From NCBI GenBank assembly GCA_034520565.1, contig JAXHNL010000002.1:1088001-1152000 (forward strand): 64,000 bases of DNA, given 5' to 3'. Source of the stretch: Halodesulfurarchaeum sp. (GTDB taxonomy: Archaea; Halobacteriota; Halobacteria; Halobacteriales; Halobacteriaceae). A model generated the notes under the pieces. The model was given only the letters and a program-made list of their open reading frames with translations, did no database searches and had not been told where the DNA came from. Below, piece by piece: positions 1-9,630 of the stretch (positions are counted from its first letter, which is position 1; each line of letters starts with the position of its first letter). The position numbers were made by a program, and so were the translations under genes.

Positions 1-456
1 CTGGCCCCGTATCCGTCTGCCACTTCCAGCACGGCTGGGTCCTCTCGACCGAACGCCAGGGCCTCGAGGTCGAGACCGCCGGCCGCCCGCCGGAGCACCT
101 GCGACTCCGTCGACCCTCCTTCTTGGAAATCGACGGCTGCTCGGTTCTGCTTGTTCCATGAAGGTGAGCGAGCGTTCCATTGCCGCGACCTGCTCCTCGA
201 CGCTCGCCTCGGAAAGGAGCCGGTGTTTGAGGCCATCGGGTGGCGCGACGAGTGCTTCGAGGTCGAGGCCCCGACCGGCCTCCTTGGCGATCGAGTCGCC
301 GACGTGGGTGTGGGCGTTGACGAACGCCGGAAACACGATGTTCTCGCTTTCGACCGCGGTTTCTTCGACGGCGGTGATCGTTTCGTCTTCGATTACAACC
401 CGGCCCTCGATCGGGACGAATTCCGGGCCGACGAGGATCTGCCCCTCGAGGATCAT
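1..456 (-). CDS. Amidohydrolase-family (nucleoside deaminase-like) protein, 5' part; runs off the window and has apparent indels near 100-150
   Basis: Manual translation from ATG at 456 gives [13 protein letters not shown]...FPAFVNAHTHVGDSIAKE (HxH amidohydrolase motif). ATGA overlap with the upstream HD gene. The frame breaks after MERSLTFMEQ and resumes as LRRAAGGLDLEALAFGRE. Confidence 0.75.
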   Translation of the reverse strand, partial: MILEGQILVGPEFVPIEGRVVIEDETITAVEETAVESENIVFPAFVNAHTHVGDSIAKEAGRGLDLEALVAPPDGLKHRLLSEASVEEQVAAMERSLTFMEQAEPSSRRFPRRRVDGVAGAPAGGRRSRPRGPGVRSRGPSRAGSGRRIRGQ

Positions 457-1703
457 CGCGTCCCACCTCGGAAGTCTGCTAGTGACGTATACCGGCCCGG
501 CGAATCCGTTTCCGCGATGCGCCCATTCTCGATGTCGAGCCCCAGAATGGCCGCTGCAGCCTGTCCCACGGCCTCGCTCAGTTCCGCCGGCGCGTAGACG
601 CCAAGTCGCCACTGTTCGAGCTGGACCCGCTCGAGGGCCCTGACCAGCGTCGATTGGTCAGTGAGTTCCCGGATCTCGCCGTTGACGGTCACTTTCGTCG
701 TCGATTCTTGCATGGTCGGTGGGCCCTGGACGTCGAGTAACACCTCGTCGATGGCGACACCGGCTCGGTCGGCGATTTCGGCCTCCGTTTCCCGCACCGC
801 CTCCGGTTCGGCCTCGAGGAGGGACGAGGCCCGGTTCTCCCCGACGTCGCCGTACTCGGCCCAGATGGCCCGTTTGTACAATCGCCGGTCGGCGAGCCGC
901 CGGGCGAGCGGGGCCGCCCCGTCGACGTCCCTGAGTGCGACCCGAAACGCGGGATCGTCCATCCGGGCCACCTCGCCTGCGGTCGCCGCCCCGGACTCGA
1001 GCAGTCGAAACGTTGCCCGCTGAAGCATCGCTTTGCTGATCCGGGCGACGTGGTGATTGTACACGGTCGGGTTCATCAGCGCCCGGGCAACGAGCAGGCT
1101 TTCTGCGGTCTGGACGTTTCCCTCGGCCAGCGCCAGATCGCCGTCGACGAAGCGGAGCGCACGGAGCAGCCGCTCGACGTCGATCGTCCCGTATGGCACC
1201 CCGGTGTGATGGGCGTCTCGCACGAGGTAGTCCATTCGGTCGACGTCGAGTTCGTCGGCGAGAAGCTGCCCCAGCTGCTCCTCGCCCGCGATGAGCCCCG
1301 CAACTCGATCGGGGTCGACGCCGTGGTCCTCGAGGACCGACGCGATCTCGCCGTCCTCGATCAGGTGGGCAACGTCGTCGTGATACCGGTTCGTCCGGAC
1401 GGAGAGCAGCTCCTCGATGGTGTGGCTCAGTGGGGCGTGCCCGACGTCGTGGAGCAGGGCCGCAGCCCGGACGGTTCGGGCATCCAGCCCGCGGATTTCC
1501 AGGTTTTCGAGTGCCCTGGTGGCGAGTGCGTACACCCCGAGGCTGTGCTCGAAGCGGGTATGGTTCGCGGAGGGGTAGACGAGCGAGGCGGTCCCCAGCT
1601 GACTCACCCGCCTGAGCCGCTGGACCGGCGGCGTGTCGAGGAGGGCGGCCCCGACGCCCTCGACCTCGATGTGGTCGTGGACGCTGTCCTTGATGGTGAT
1701 CAT
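453..1703 (-). CDS. HD-domain phosphohydrolase (dNTPase/SAMHD1-like family)
   Basis: [12 protein letters not shown] start; [31 protein letters not shown] and [11 protein letters not shown] motifs. Confidence 0.9.
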   Translation of the reverse strand: MITIKDSVHDHIEVEGVGAALLDTPPVQRLRRVSQLGTASLVYPSANHTRFEHSLGVYALATRALENLEIRGLDARTVRAAALLHDVGHAPLSHTIEELLSVRTNRYHDDVAHLIEDGEIASVLEDHGVDPDRVAGLIAGEEQLGQLLADELDVDRMDYLVRDAHHTGVPYGTIDVERLLRALRFVDGDLALAEGNVQTAESLLVARALMNPTVYNHHVARISKAMLQRATFRLLESGAATAGEVARMDDPAFRVALRDVDGAAPLARRLADRRLYKRAIWAEYGDVGENRASSLLEAEPEAVRETEAEIADRAGVAIDEVLLDVQGPPTMQESTTKVTVNGEIRELTDQSTLVRALERVQLEQWRLGVYAPAELSEAVGQAAAAILGLDIENGRIAETDSPGRYTSLADFRGGTR

Positions 1704-1827
1704 TACGAACGAGTTCGTCGGGTTCGCACAAAAACGTCGGGTTCCCCCGGGCTCCAGTCGGTTGTGCGGCACGGATTCGGCGGTCGCCTGCACAAGGGTT
1801 TACTCCGGGGCCGGCCTTCGGGCGTGT

Positions 1828-2817
1828 ATGCCGACGTTTCTCGCCGGCGGGACCGGGACCCCGAAACTCCTCTGGGGGACCGATCCGGTCTTTCCCCCCG
1901 AGACGGTCACCGTGGTCGCCAACACCGGCGACGACGTCGAAATCGGCGGCCTGTTCGTCTGTCCCGATCTCGATTCGGTGCTCTACGGCCGGAGCGACCG
2001 CCTCGACCGGGAGCGCTGGTGGGGCCAGGCCGGAGACACGTCGAACACCCACGACGAGCTGCTGGCCCTCACAGCGCAAATCGATCGCCCGTCGGAACCC
2101 CGGTATCTCCCGGAAGCGGCCCAGACCGTAGGCCGAGACATCGCTCGCTGGCGACGCTTCTCGGCGATCCCGGAATTCCTCCATCTCGGCGACCGGGACC
2201 GGGCCGTCCACCGCTTCCGGACGAGCCTGCTCGAGGAGGGCCTGTCCCTCACTGCCGTCACTCGCCGACTCGGGGAGGCCTTCGACCTTACCGTCGACCT
2301 CGTTCCGATGAGCGATGACCCCGTGGCGAGCATTATCCACACCCCCGACGGGCCGATGCACTTCCAGGAGTTCTGGGTGGCCCACGACGGTGAACCGACC
2401 GTCGACCGTGTCGAATTCCGTGGCGCAGCCCGGGCCAGCCCTTCGGCAGCCGCGCTTGACGCGTTGCAGAACCCGGTCGTCATCGGCCCGGCCAACCCCA
2501 TCACGAGCATCGGACCGATGTTGTGCCTGGACGGCGTTCGGGAGGCCCTCCAGGAGACGACCGTCGTCGCGGTCTCTCCCTTCATCGAAGACCGGGTATT
2601 CTCGGGACCGGCAGCGAAACTCATGCGAGCCGAAGGCTATGCGGCCTCGACCGCAGGGGTCGCGGAGGCCCTTCCGTTCGTCGACGTCTTCGTCCTCGAT
2701 TCGGCCGACGGGACCGATTTGCACGTGCCGACGGTCAGGACTGACACGGCGATCGAGACCGAGGGAGATGCGACCCGGGTCGCAAGAGCCCTCGACCGCG
2801 CCCTCGAGGTGGCGTGA
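1828..2817 (+). CDS. cofD: 2-phospho-L-lactate transferase (F420 biosynthesis)
   Basis: [61 protein letters not shown]. Confidence 0.93.
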   Translation: MPTFLAGGTGTPKLLWGTDPVFPPETVTVVANTGDDVEIGGLFVCPDLDSVLYGRSDRLDRERWWGQAGDTSNTHDELLALTAQIDRPSEPRYLPEAAQTVGRDIARWRRFSAIPEFLHLGDRDRAVHRFRTSLLEEGLSLTAVTRRLGEAFDLTVDLVPMSDDPVASIIHTPDGPMHFQEFWVAHDGEPTVDRVEFRGAARASPSAAALDALQNPVVIGPANPITSIGPMLCLDGVREALQETTVVAVSPFIEDRVFSGPAAKLMRAEGYAASTAGVAEALPFVDVFVLDSADGTDLHVPTVRTDTAIETEGDATRVARALDRALEVA

Positions 2818-3554
2818 TGTTCCAGCCACGGCTCGCGCTGGCGAGCCTGAGCGGCGAATCGGACGCCCAGTGGGCAATCGACGCCGAGCAGTGGGCCGGT
2901 ATGGCCCTCCTGGGCGGACTCGCCCTCGATGCGGAAACGCGGGATGCGGCGCGACGGATGGTGGCAAACCGGGATCGGTCGGAGTTTTTGCCCCAGGACC
3001 CCTTCGCGTTCATGGCGGACCAGCTTGGGCGACTGGCCGAGCACGACGTGAAAGCCGGGTTCAACGTCAGGGCGGCCGGGACAGATCCGATTCGTCGAGC
3101 GGCCGAAATCTGTACCGGTCTCGACGCAGTCCTGGAGATCAACGCCCACTGTCGGCAGCAAGAGATGACCGGCCTCGGGGCTGGACAGTCGTTGCTCCGT
3201 GAGCCAGCGAGACTCGCCGAGCAGGTCCGGATCGCGGCCGAAGCGGGTGCGACCGTGAGCGTCAAGGTCCGGGCCGAGGTTCCGGACGTCGATTTACCGG
3301 CCGTCTGTCGGGTCCTCGACTCGGCGGGGACCGATATCATTCACGTCGACGCGATGGATTCCGAATCGATCGTCGGGGAGATCGTCGAAGGGACCGACGC
3401 CTTCGTGATCGCCAACAACGGGGTTCGAGATCGGGAAACGGTCCGTGAGTATCTGGAGTACGGGGCAGACGCGGTCAGCGTGGGACGCCCGAGCGACGAT
3501 CCGCGGGTGCTAAAGCGCGTCCACGAGGCGGTGAGGGACTGGGAACTCGACTGA
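2817..3554 (+). CDS. Dihydrouridine-synthase-like TIM-barrel flavoprotein (MJ0144 family)
   Basis: LALASLSG, EINAHCRQQEM, G.GQ.LL, SVKVRA, IHVDAM, IANNGVRD, GADAVSVGR; translationally coupled to cofD. Confidence 0.8.
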   Translation: MFQPRLALASLSGESDAQWAIDAEQWAGMALLGGLALDAETRDAARRMVANRDRSEFLPQDPFAFMADQLGRLAEHDVKAGFNVRAAGTDPIRRAAEICTGLDAVLEINAHCRQQEMTGLGAGQSLLREPARLAEQVRIAAEAGATVSVKVRAEVPDVDLPAVCRVLDSAGTDIIHVDAMDSESIVGEIVEGTDAFVIANNGVRDRETVREYLEYGADAVSVGRPSDDPRVLKRVHEAVRDWELD

Positions 3555-3657
3555 CCGGCAAGCACTCGACTGACTTCCGGGATCCGGCTTTGCGAACGCT
3601 ACCCAGGCCTCGAGCCGGAACGAATGGTTTTAACACGACCGGCCGGTACACCCGTCC

Positions 3658-3837
3658 ATGGCCATCAAGCCCGACTACGTCAAGAAGACCGGGAAGATCC
3701 TCATGGAGCGCTATCCGCAGGCGTTCCAGGCGGAGAACTTCGAGCACAACAAGGAAAGTGTCACTGAACTGACGAACATCGAATCGAAGGGCGTCCGCAA
3801 CCGGATCGCCGGCTACGTGACACACAAGCTCAACTGA
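3658..3837 (+). CDS. rps17e: 30S ribosomal protein S17e (59 aa, absent from the ORF track)
   Basis: Manual translation: MAIKPDYVKKTGKILMERYPQAFQAENFEHNKESVTELTNIESKGVRNRIAGYVTHKLN*. Confidence 0.95.
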   Translation: MAIKPDYVKKTGKILMERYPQAFQAENFEHNKESVTELTNIESKGVRNRIAGYVTHKLN

Positions 3838-3954
3838 TCCGCTCGGATCCCGGCCCGAGGGGGTTTTGACGCGTTTTGCAACCCGGTTAGCGCTCACCCA
3901 GCCACAACAGCCGCTTATCAGAAGGGCTTAGGGCGCGCATCTCGAATCCCGGCT

Positions 3955-4986
3955 ATGATTCAGGTCGGCATTCTCGGCGCCACGGGCGCCGTCGGACAGC
4001 GTTTCGTTCAGCTCCTCACGGATCACCCCGAATTCGAGATTCGAGCCCTGACAGCCAGTGCGGACAGCGCCGGCGATCCCTACCGATCGGCCGCCAAGTG
4101 GCGTGTCGACACGCCGATTCCGGCGTCCGTTGCCGACCGAACCGTCACCCGGACCGCTCCCGACGCGATCCCGGACGACGTGGACCTGCTGTTTTCCTCG
4201 CTTCCCTCGGGCGTCGCCGCCGAGGTCGAATCGGACTTCCTCGAGGCCGGCTACGTGGTCTCCTCGAACTCCTCGAACGAACGGGAGGCCGAGGACGTCC
4301 CGCTCGTCATCCCGGAGGTCAACCCGGAGCACCTCTCGCTGCTCGACACCCAGCAGGATCGTCGCGGCTGGGACGGGGCCCTGGTCAAGAACCCGAACTG
4401 CTCGACGATCACGATGGTCCCGCCGCTTGCCGCCCTCGCTCAGTTCGACATCGAACGGGTGCACGTCGCGACCCTCCAGGCCGTCTCGGGGGCCGGCTAC
4501 TCCGGGGTCTCCTCGATGGACATCATCGACAACGCGATCCCGCACATCGGCGGCGAAGAGGAGAAGATGGAACACGAGTCCCGGAAACTGCTCGGAAGCT
4601 ACGAGGACGGGGACATCGAGTGGCACGGGGCCGAAGTGACCGCCTCGTGTAACCGCATTCCGACGATCGACGGCCACCTCGAGAACGTCTTCGTCGAGTT
4701 CGGCACCGATCCGACCGTGGCGGAGATCGAGTCGGCGTTCGAGTCGGCCGAATCTGCGGACCTTCCCTCCGCGCCGGACCCGCTCATCGAGGTCTTCTCG
4801 GAGCCGGATCGCCCCCAGCCCCGCCTCGATCGCATGGTCGGGGGCGGGATGGGGATCGCCGTCGGCGGGATTCAGGAGACCGCCACCGGCATCCAGTTCA
4901 ACGCCCTCGCGCACAACACGATCCGCGGGGCCGCGGGCGCGAGTATTTTGAACGGGGAGTTGTTGGCCGCAGAAGGGTGGCTGTAG
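3955..4986 (+). CDS. asd: Aspartate-semialdehyde dehydrogenase
   Basis: GATGAVGQRF, NPNCST catalytic Cys, QAVSGAG, HNTIRGAAG. Confidence 0.96.
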   Translation: MIQVGILGATGAVGQRFVQLLTDHPEFEIRALTASADSAGDPYRSAAKWRVDTPIPASVADRTVTRTAPDAIPDDVDLLFSSLPSGVAAEVESDFLEAGYVVSSNSSNEREAEDVPLVIPEVNPEHLSLLDTQQDRRGWDGALVKNPNCSTITMVPPLAALAQFDIERVHVATLQAVSGAGYSGVSSMDIIDNAIPHIGGEEEKMEHESRKLLGSYEDGDIEWHGAEVTASCNRIPTIDGHLENVFVEFGTDPTVAEIESAFESAESADLPSAPDPLIEVFSEPDRPQPRLDRMVGGGMGIAVGGIQETATGIQFNALAHNTIRGAAGASILNGELLAAEGWL

Positions 4987-5032
4987 GCACGATATTCGCT
5001 CGATCTGCCCGTATCGAATCGACCCCGAAGCC

Positions 5033-5992
5033 TTACTGCACTTGGTTTTCGAGGTCTTCGAAGGATCCTGTTTCCCGCGCTCGATCGAAGTTCTCGGCGA
5101 GGATGTCCGCCCGGCGCTCCCAGTAGTTCGGCGTGAAGCCCGCGTGATGTGGCGTCAGGAGGACGTTGTCCATCCCCCAGAGGACGTGATCCTGGGGTAG
5201 TGGCTCGGGATCGGTCACGTCGAGTACGGCGCCGCGGATGCCGTTTTTCTGCAGTTCGGAGACGAGTGCCTCGGTCTCGACGATCGGACCGCGGGCGATG
5301 TTTACGAGCACCGCCTCAGGAAGCATCGTCGACAGGGCCTCGGCATCGATGAGCCCTGCCGTGGTGTCCGTGAGCGGGGTGGCGACCACGACGTACTCGC
5401 TTCGGGCCAGGGCATCGTCGAAGGATTCGCCCTCGAGCCCGCCGATCTCGTCTGCCTTCCCGCCTTTTTCGGGGCTGTAGCGGAGGCCGATCGTGTGCAC
5501 GCCGAAGGGTTCGAGCCGGTCGAGGACGGCCTGCCCGATGGCACCCATTCCCAGGACCGTGACCGTGCTCCCCTGCAGTTCGTGCGTCTCGAAGGACCGC
5601 CACTCCCGACGCTCCTTCTGCCGCCACGCCCGCGGAAAGCCCCGTGCGAACGCGAGGATGCCGCCGAGAACGTACTCGGCGATGTTCGGGCCGTGGACGC
5701 CCGATCCGTTGGTGACCCGAATGCCCCGGTCCGCGAGTGCCTCGAGTGGAAGGTGCTCGGTCCCGGAATACGTGCAGGCGAACAGCTCGAGGGCGGGTGC
5801 GTTCTCGAGATCCTCGGGGTCGATGTTCGTCCCGGCCGCGACCGTCGCCGAAGCGAGTAGCTTACGCTCCTCGGCCGGTGTTCGTGCGACCCGGATTTCG
5901 GCGTCGGGCAGTCGGGATTTGATGGCGTCCGCGTACCCCTCGGCGTCGAGTCCCTGGAGTTGCTGTCTGAGGACGGCGATGTCGACAGTCAC
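5033..5992 (-). CDS. D-2-hydroxyacid dehydrogenase
   Basis: GMGAIG Rossmann motif, NIARG, LDVTDPEPLP, TPHHAG. Confidence 0.9.
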   Translation of the reverse strand: MTVDIAVLRQQLQGLDAEGYADAIKSRLPDAEIRVARTPAEERKLLASATVAAGTNIDPEDLENAPALELFACTYSGTEHLPLEALADRGIRVTNGSGVHGPNIAEYVLGGILAFARGFPRAWRQKERREWRSFETHELQGSTVTVLGMGAIGQAVLDRLEPFGVHTIGLRYSPEKGGKADEIGGLEGESFDDALARSEYVVVATPLTDTTAGLIDAEALSTMLPEAVLVNIARGPIVETEALVSELQKNGIRGAVLDVTDPEPLPQDHVLWGMDNVLLTPHHAGFTPNYWERRADILAENFDRARETGSFEDLENQVQ

Positions 5993-6071
5993 GGCTCCTC
6001 GTACGACGAGGACGATTATGAAACCCGGTTTTCCGCGGACAGCCTTTTGGGCACTCCCGGCCTAATTCCTG

Positions 6072-6228
6072 TTGCGTGCCGCAGTCCCCACCCGAGCCCG
6101 CCCATCAGGGCGCGATGACCGGTGGAGAACCCCGGCACGCGATAGACACGCCCGGCACGAGGGTTACCCGGCCGACGCGGCACGCCGCCAGGGATGACGT
6201 CGGGAGTTAGTGTTCCGGGCGAACACGT
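6072..6228 (+). ncRNA. Two-hairpin box H/ACA pseudouridylation guide RNA (23S rRNA targets)
   Basis: Hairpin 1: GCGTGCCG(6074-6081)/CGGCACGC(6133-6140), then ATA box at 6142. Hairpin 2: CGCCCGG(6149-6155)/CCGGGCG(6215-6221), then ACA at 6223. Both have GA...GATGA K-turn-like motifs. Pocket 2 (GAGGGTT / AGTTA) is complementary to archaeal 23S helix 69, GUAACUAUGACCCUC. Confidence 0.75.
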
Positions 6229-6230
6229 AC

Positions 6231-6480
6231 CTTTTACTGCGCTCGTTCGCGTCGCTCACTCGCTGGTAAAAGCTACGCCAAAAGCACTCCTCTCTCCAGC
6301 GCGCCTTCGGCGCTTAGTCGCTCGTCGGCCTCGCGCTCACGTTCGTTCGCGTGAGTGGACCGGCGACCGACCGGGTCCTTCGGACCACTCGGTCGCCGGA
6401 TGCTCGGCCTGTCGCTTGTTCACTTCCACCGAGCCTCCCACGCTCTCGGGAACGCACGGTCGCTGGATGTTCGAATGGTG
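6231..6480. repeat. Cluster of palindromic REP/MITE-like hairpins
   Basis: CTTTTAC(6231-6237)/GTAAAAG(6266-6272) inverted repeat, nested stems with TTCG loops (gccTTCGgc, gtccTTCGgac) and CCGGCGACCGA.../TCGGTCGCCGG stem; no credible ORF. Confidence 0.5.
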
Positions 6481-6528
6481 GCCGTGATTTGCCGCCCACC
6501 CCCTCGTGAACTCACAAGCCCAGCCTTC

Positions 6529-7766
6529 TCAATCACCGAAGAGGTCCGTCTCGTACTCCTCGCTCGTGTCCCTGACCAGCCGGCCGCGTCCGTCGTGGGC
6601 CGACAGGTCTCCCTCCTGGAGGGCGTCGTTTGCCGCTTCGATCGTCTCGGGAGTCACTTTCTCGGTGACCTCGAACTCCTCGACGGGATTGATAACCCCC
6701 CAGACGGCCCCGGTTGCGTGTAGAATCACGGCCACGGGCGTCAACAGGAGCAGGACCGGCCAGAGAAGCGGGTGTTTCCGGTAGGTAACCGCGCTGAAAA
6801 GCGTGTACACGAACAGGATTCCCAGGAGCCCCGTCGAGATGAGTCCGTACAGTTCGATTCCCGGGGCGCTTCCGGGGAGGAGAAACGAGGCGACGATCAG
6901 GAGCGGGACGAAGGGCGAAAAGGCCCAGGCGACTACCCGGGTCAGGTACAGCGGTCGGTAGTGCAGGGGAAGCAGGTGATCGTCCCCAATGGTCCCGGAC
7001 ATCCAGCGTCGGCGCTGTTTGAGAATCGATTTGACCGAGGGCGGGGCCTGATTGCGGAACCTGGCGTTTACGAGCTGGAAGTCGAGGTCATAGGCGTCGG
7101 CGGCCCGCCAGATCAGGTTCGTGTCTTCCGTGATCGTGGCGACGTTCCACCCGAGTTCTTCCTCGATCTCGCGACGAATGGCAAAGCCCCCGCCCCACGC
7201 GTAGAGCGGGTACCGGAGGCGGTGAAATCCCAGCTGCTCGAACTGGTACCCGGTCCGGAAGATCTCGGCGAGGTAGGTCAGCCGTGAGCCGGTGTAGATC
7301 GGCTTTTCGGTGAACTGGACGAAATCGGCGTCCGGAAGGCCGGTGAGATCGGTGACGATCGTGTCCTCGTCGAGATAGAGCACGTACGCTTTCTCACACG
7401 CGACGTTTCGCCGGGCCCACTCGACCGCCCGACCCTTGTTCGTCGCCTCGCACTCGAAGGCCTCGGGAACAACGTGGACGGTCGCCCCCTCGACGGCGAT
7501 CTCTCGCTCGGCGATCACGCGCACGTCGTCGATCCCGTCCGGAAGTGCGTCGACGGTCGACTGGACGACCCGCTCGGCGTCGATGGTGAGGACACGTACC
7601 TGGATCTCATCGAGCCCCACTCCTCCCGGTCGTCGGGTCGCCACCCTCTGGAGAGCAGGAACGTTTCGAGGAGCCACCAGATCGATGAAAACCCATAGAC
7701 CGCCAGTGCCGCCCAGAGGAAGAGGGCGATAACGGTCTGGGGCGTCGTAATCGCTGCCACACCCAC
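6529..7766 (-). CDS. Family-2 glycosyltransferase, membrane-bound; frameshift near 7615
   Basis: N-terminal TM segment (VIALFLWAALAVYG...) lies in one frame and joins LDEIQVRVLTI in another. Motifs KGRA, YLDED, ITEDT, QRRRW; C-terminal TM helices. Confidence 0.85.
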
Positions 7767-7806
7767 TATCAGCGATTTCGGCAAAAAAACAGTTGGGGAT
7801 CTAGAA

Positions 7807-8406
7807 TCAGATGCCCAGCCACTCGTCGGAGCGAATCTCGTATCCCTCCTCCCGACAGAAGTCTGCGGCCCGTCGACGGACGTCCCTCGACCCCGGCAAC
7901 TCCCCGTTCTCGTGGAGTTCCTCGATGATCCACTCCCGGACGACTGCGATGCCCTGATCCTCGTCGACTGCGTCGATTGCCTCCAGTTCGAGGAACGTCT
8001 TCTCGTAGGTCTCCCGCTTTGATCCTCCCAAATCTGCCCGCCGGAACCCTTCGGATTCCTCGATGATTCGTTTGATCGCCTTGGCGACCGTCGGGCGCTC
8101 GATTTGGGTCCGGACCCGCGTCGGATCCGCAAAGGTCTCCGCCTCGGTCGCCGGGAGGAGTTCGGCGACGCTGTAGGTTTCCTCGATGCCGTCGAGTTTC
8201 TGATGCCCCATTTCCGAGACGATTTCCGTTCCCGTGGCGGGGAATGCGAGTTCCTCGAGTTGGGTTTCGAAACGGGCGAGTTCTCCCTCGTCGAAGACCG
8301 GCTCGAGTTCGTCCATCCGCTCCAGTTCCGCGGCCATCGCCCGCTCGCGCTGGCGTCGATCCGCGTTTCTGGCCTGCTTCTCGCGGCCCCGTTTGTCGTC
8401 GGGCAT
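7807..8406 (-). CDS. Conserved haloarchaeal acidic hypothetical protein
   Basis: MPDDKRGREKQA N-terminus, L.FPAT..E motif, acidic composition. Confidence 0.7.
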   Translation of the reverse strand: MPDDKRGREKQARNADRRQRERAMAAELERMDELEPVFDEGELARFETQLEELAFPATGTEIVSEMGHQKLDGIEETYSVAELLPATEAETFADPTRVRTQIERPTVAKAIKRIIEESEGFRRADLGGSKRETYEKTFLELEAIDAVDEDQGIAVVREWIIEELHENGELPGSRDVRRRAADFCREEGYEIRSDEWLGI

Positions 8407-8482
8407 AGGCGGTCATTGGGGCTCCGGGAGGATAGACCTATGGGAGGCGGTTCCGAGTCCTGCGCCCGCGGAGGTGAACACG

Positions 8483-8818
8483 TTACAGGACCAGCCACCG
8501 GAGTACCCACAGCGATCCCATGCCGGCGACGAGCGTGTAGAGGACGTTTTCCGTCCGCCACGCGACGGTCGCCGCGGCACCGCCGGCGAGCAGTTTGTCG
8601 AGTTCCGGATTGCCACTCGCGCCCACCGTCACGAAGGCGGGAAACACCAGTCCGGCGAGGACCGCCGCCGGAACGTATCGCAACAGGGTCCGGATGCGGG
8701 GCGGGATCTCGTCGACCCGACTGAAAACCGCGATGAACGAGACCCGGATGGCGAAGGTGAGCAGGCCGATGGCGACGATCGCGACCCAGATCAGTGTGGG
8801 GGCGTAACTCGTCGTCAT
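8483..8818 (-). CDS. azlD: AzlD-domain branched-chain amino acid exporter small subunit
   Basis: MTTSYAPTLIWVAIVAIGLLTFAIRVSF...LRYVPAAVLAGLV; overlaps the azlC stop. Confidence 0.85.
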   Translation of the reverse strand: MTTSYAPTLIWVAIVAIGLLTFAIRVSFIAVFSRVDEIPPRIRTLLRYVPAAVLAGLVFPAFVTVGASGNPELDKLLAGGAAATVAWRTENVLYTLVAGMGSLWVLRWLVL

Positions 8819-9492
8819 GCCATCACCCGTTCGGCCGTGGCCCCGGCCACGATGCCAAGCGTCGCACCAACCGGAAGCCCGAGATTGAGCGGCAAGCCGG
8901 TCCCGAGCACGGCGCCGGTCCCGCCGACTGCGGCAGCGACGAGCGTCGTCCGGTCCTCGACGGCCGGGACCAGCAACGCGAGAAAGACGAGCGGGACGGT
9001 GAATTCGAGCCCCCACGCGGGGGGCACGCTCGCCCCGAGGACGACGCCGGCGACGGTCGTGAGTTGCCAGACGATCCAGATCGGCGCGGCCACGCCCAAA
9101 TAGTACGATCGGCGGTCGACCGGCTCTGCCATTTCGAAGCGGGCGATCGAGAGCGCGTAGGCCTGATCGGTGAGGACGTAGGCGAGCCCGGCCTTCCACT
9201 TCGCGGCGAAGTCCCGGAAGTGCGGGGCGATCGAAGCCGAGTACATGAGCATCCGGAGGTTGATGACAGCAGCGGTGACGATGACGACGACCAGCGGGGC
9301 GTCGGTTCTGATGAGTTCGAGGGCGGCCAACTGTGCCGCGCCCGCGAAGACGATCACGGACATTCCAACTGCGAGGACGAGATCGAGGCCGGCGTTGGCT
9401 GCGGCGACCCCGGTGACGAGGCCGAACGGGGCGATTCCGAGGAGCAACGGGGCGACGTCCCTGACGCCGCGACGGAGGGCTGCAGCGTGCAT
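8815..9492 (-). CDS. azlC: AzlC-family branched-chain amino acid exporter permease
   Basis: MSVIVFAGAAQ, INLRMLMYS, LTDQAYA motifs. Confidence 0.9.
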   Translation of the reverse strand: MHAAALRRGVRDVAPLLLGIAPFGLVTGVAAANAGLDLVLAVGMSVIVFAGAAQLAALELIRTDAPLVVVIVTAAVINLRMLMYSASIAPHFRDFAAKWKAGLAYVLTDQAYALSIARFEMAEPVDRRSYYLGVAAPIWIVWQLTTVAGVVLGASVPPAWGLEFTVPLVFLALLVPAVEDRTTLVAAAVGGTGAVLGTGLPLNLGLPVGATLGIVAGATAERVMA

Positions 9493-9630
9493 TCGGTGGT
9501 GTCCGCAGGGAATCAGTCGGCGCAGTTAAAAACGCTGATCCGCTGGTCGGGATTCCCGGCCCGCTGTTCCGGTTCAATTTCGGTTTGATGCTCCAACAGA
9601 CATTGATACGTGTGGCTCCTCTTTTCGTGT

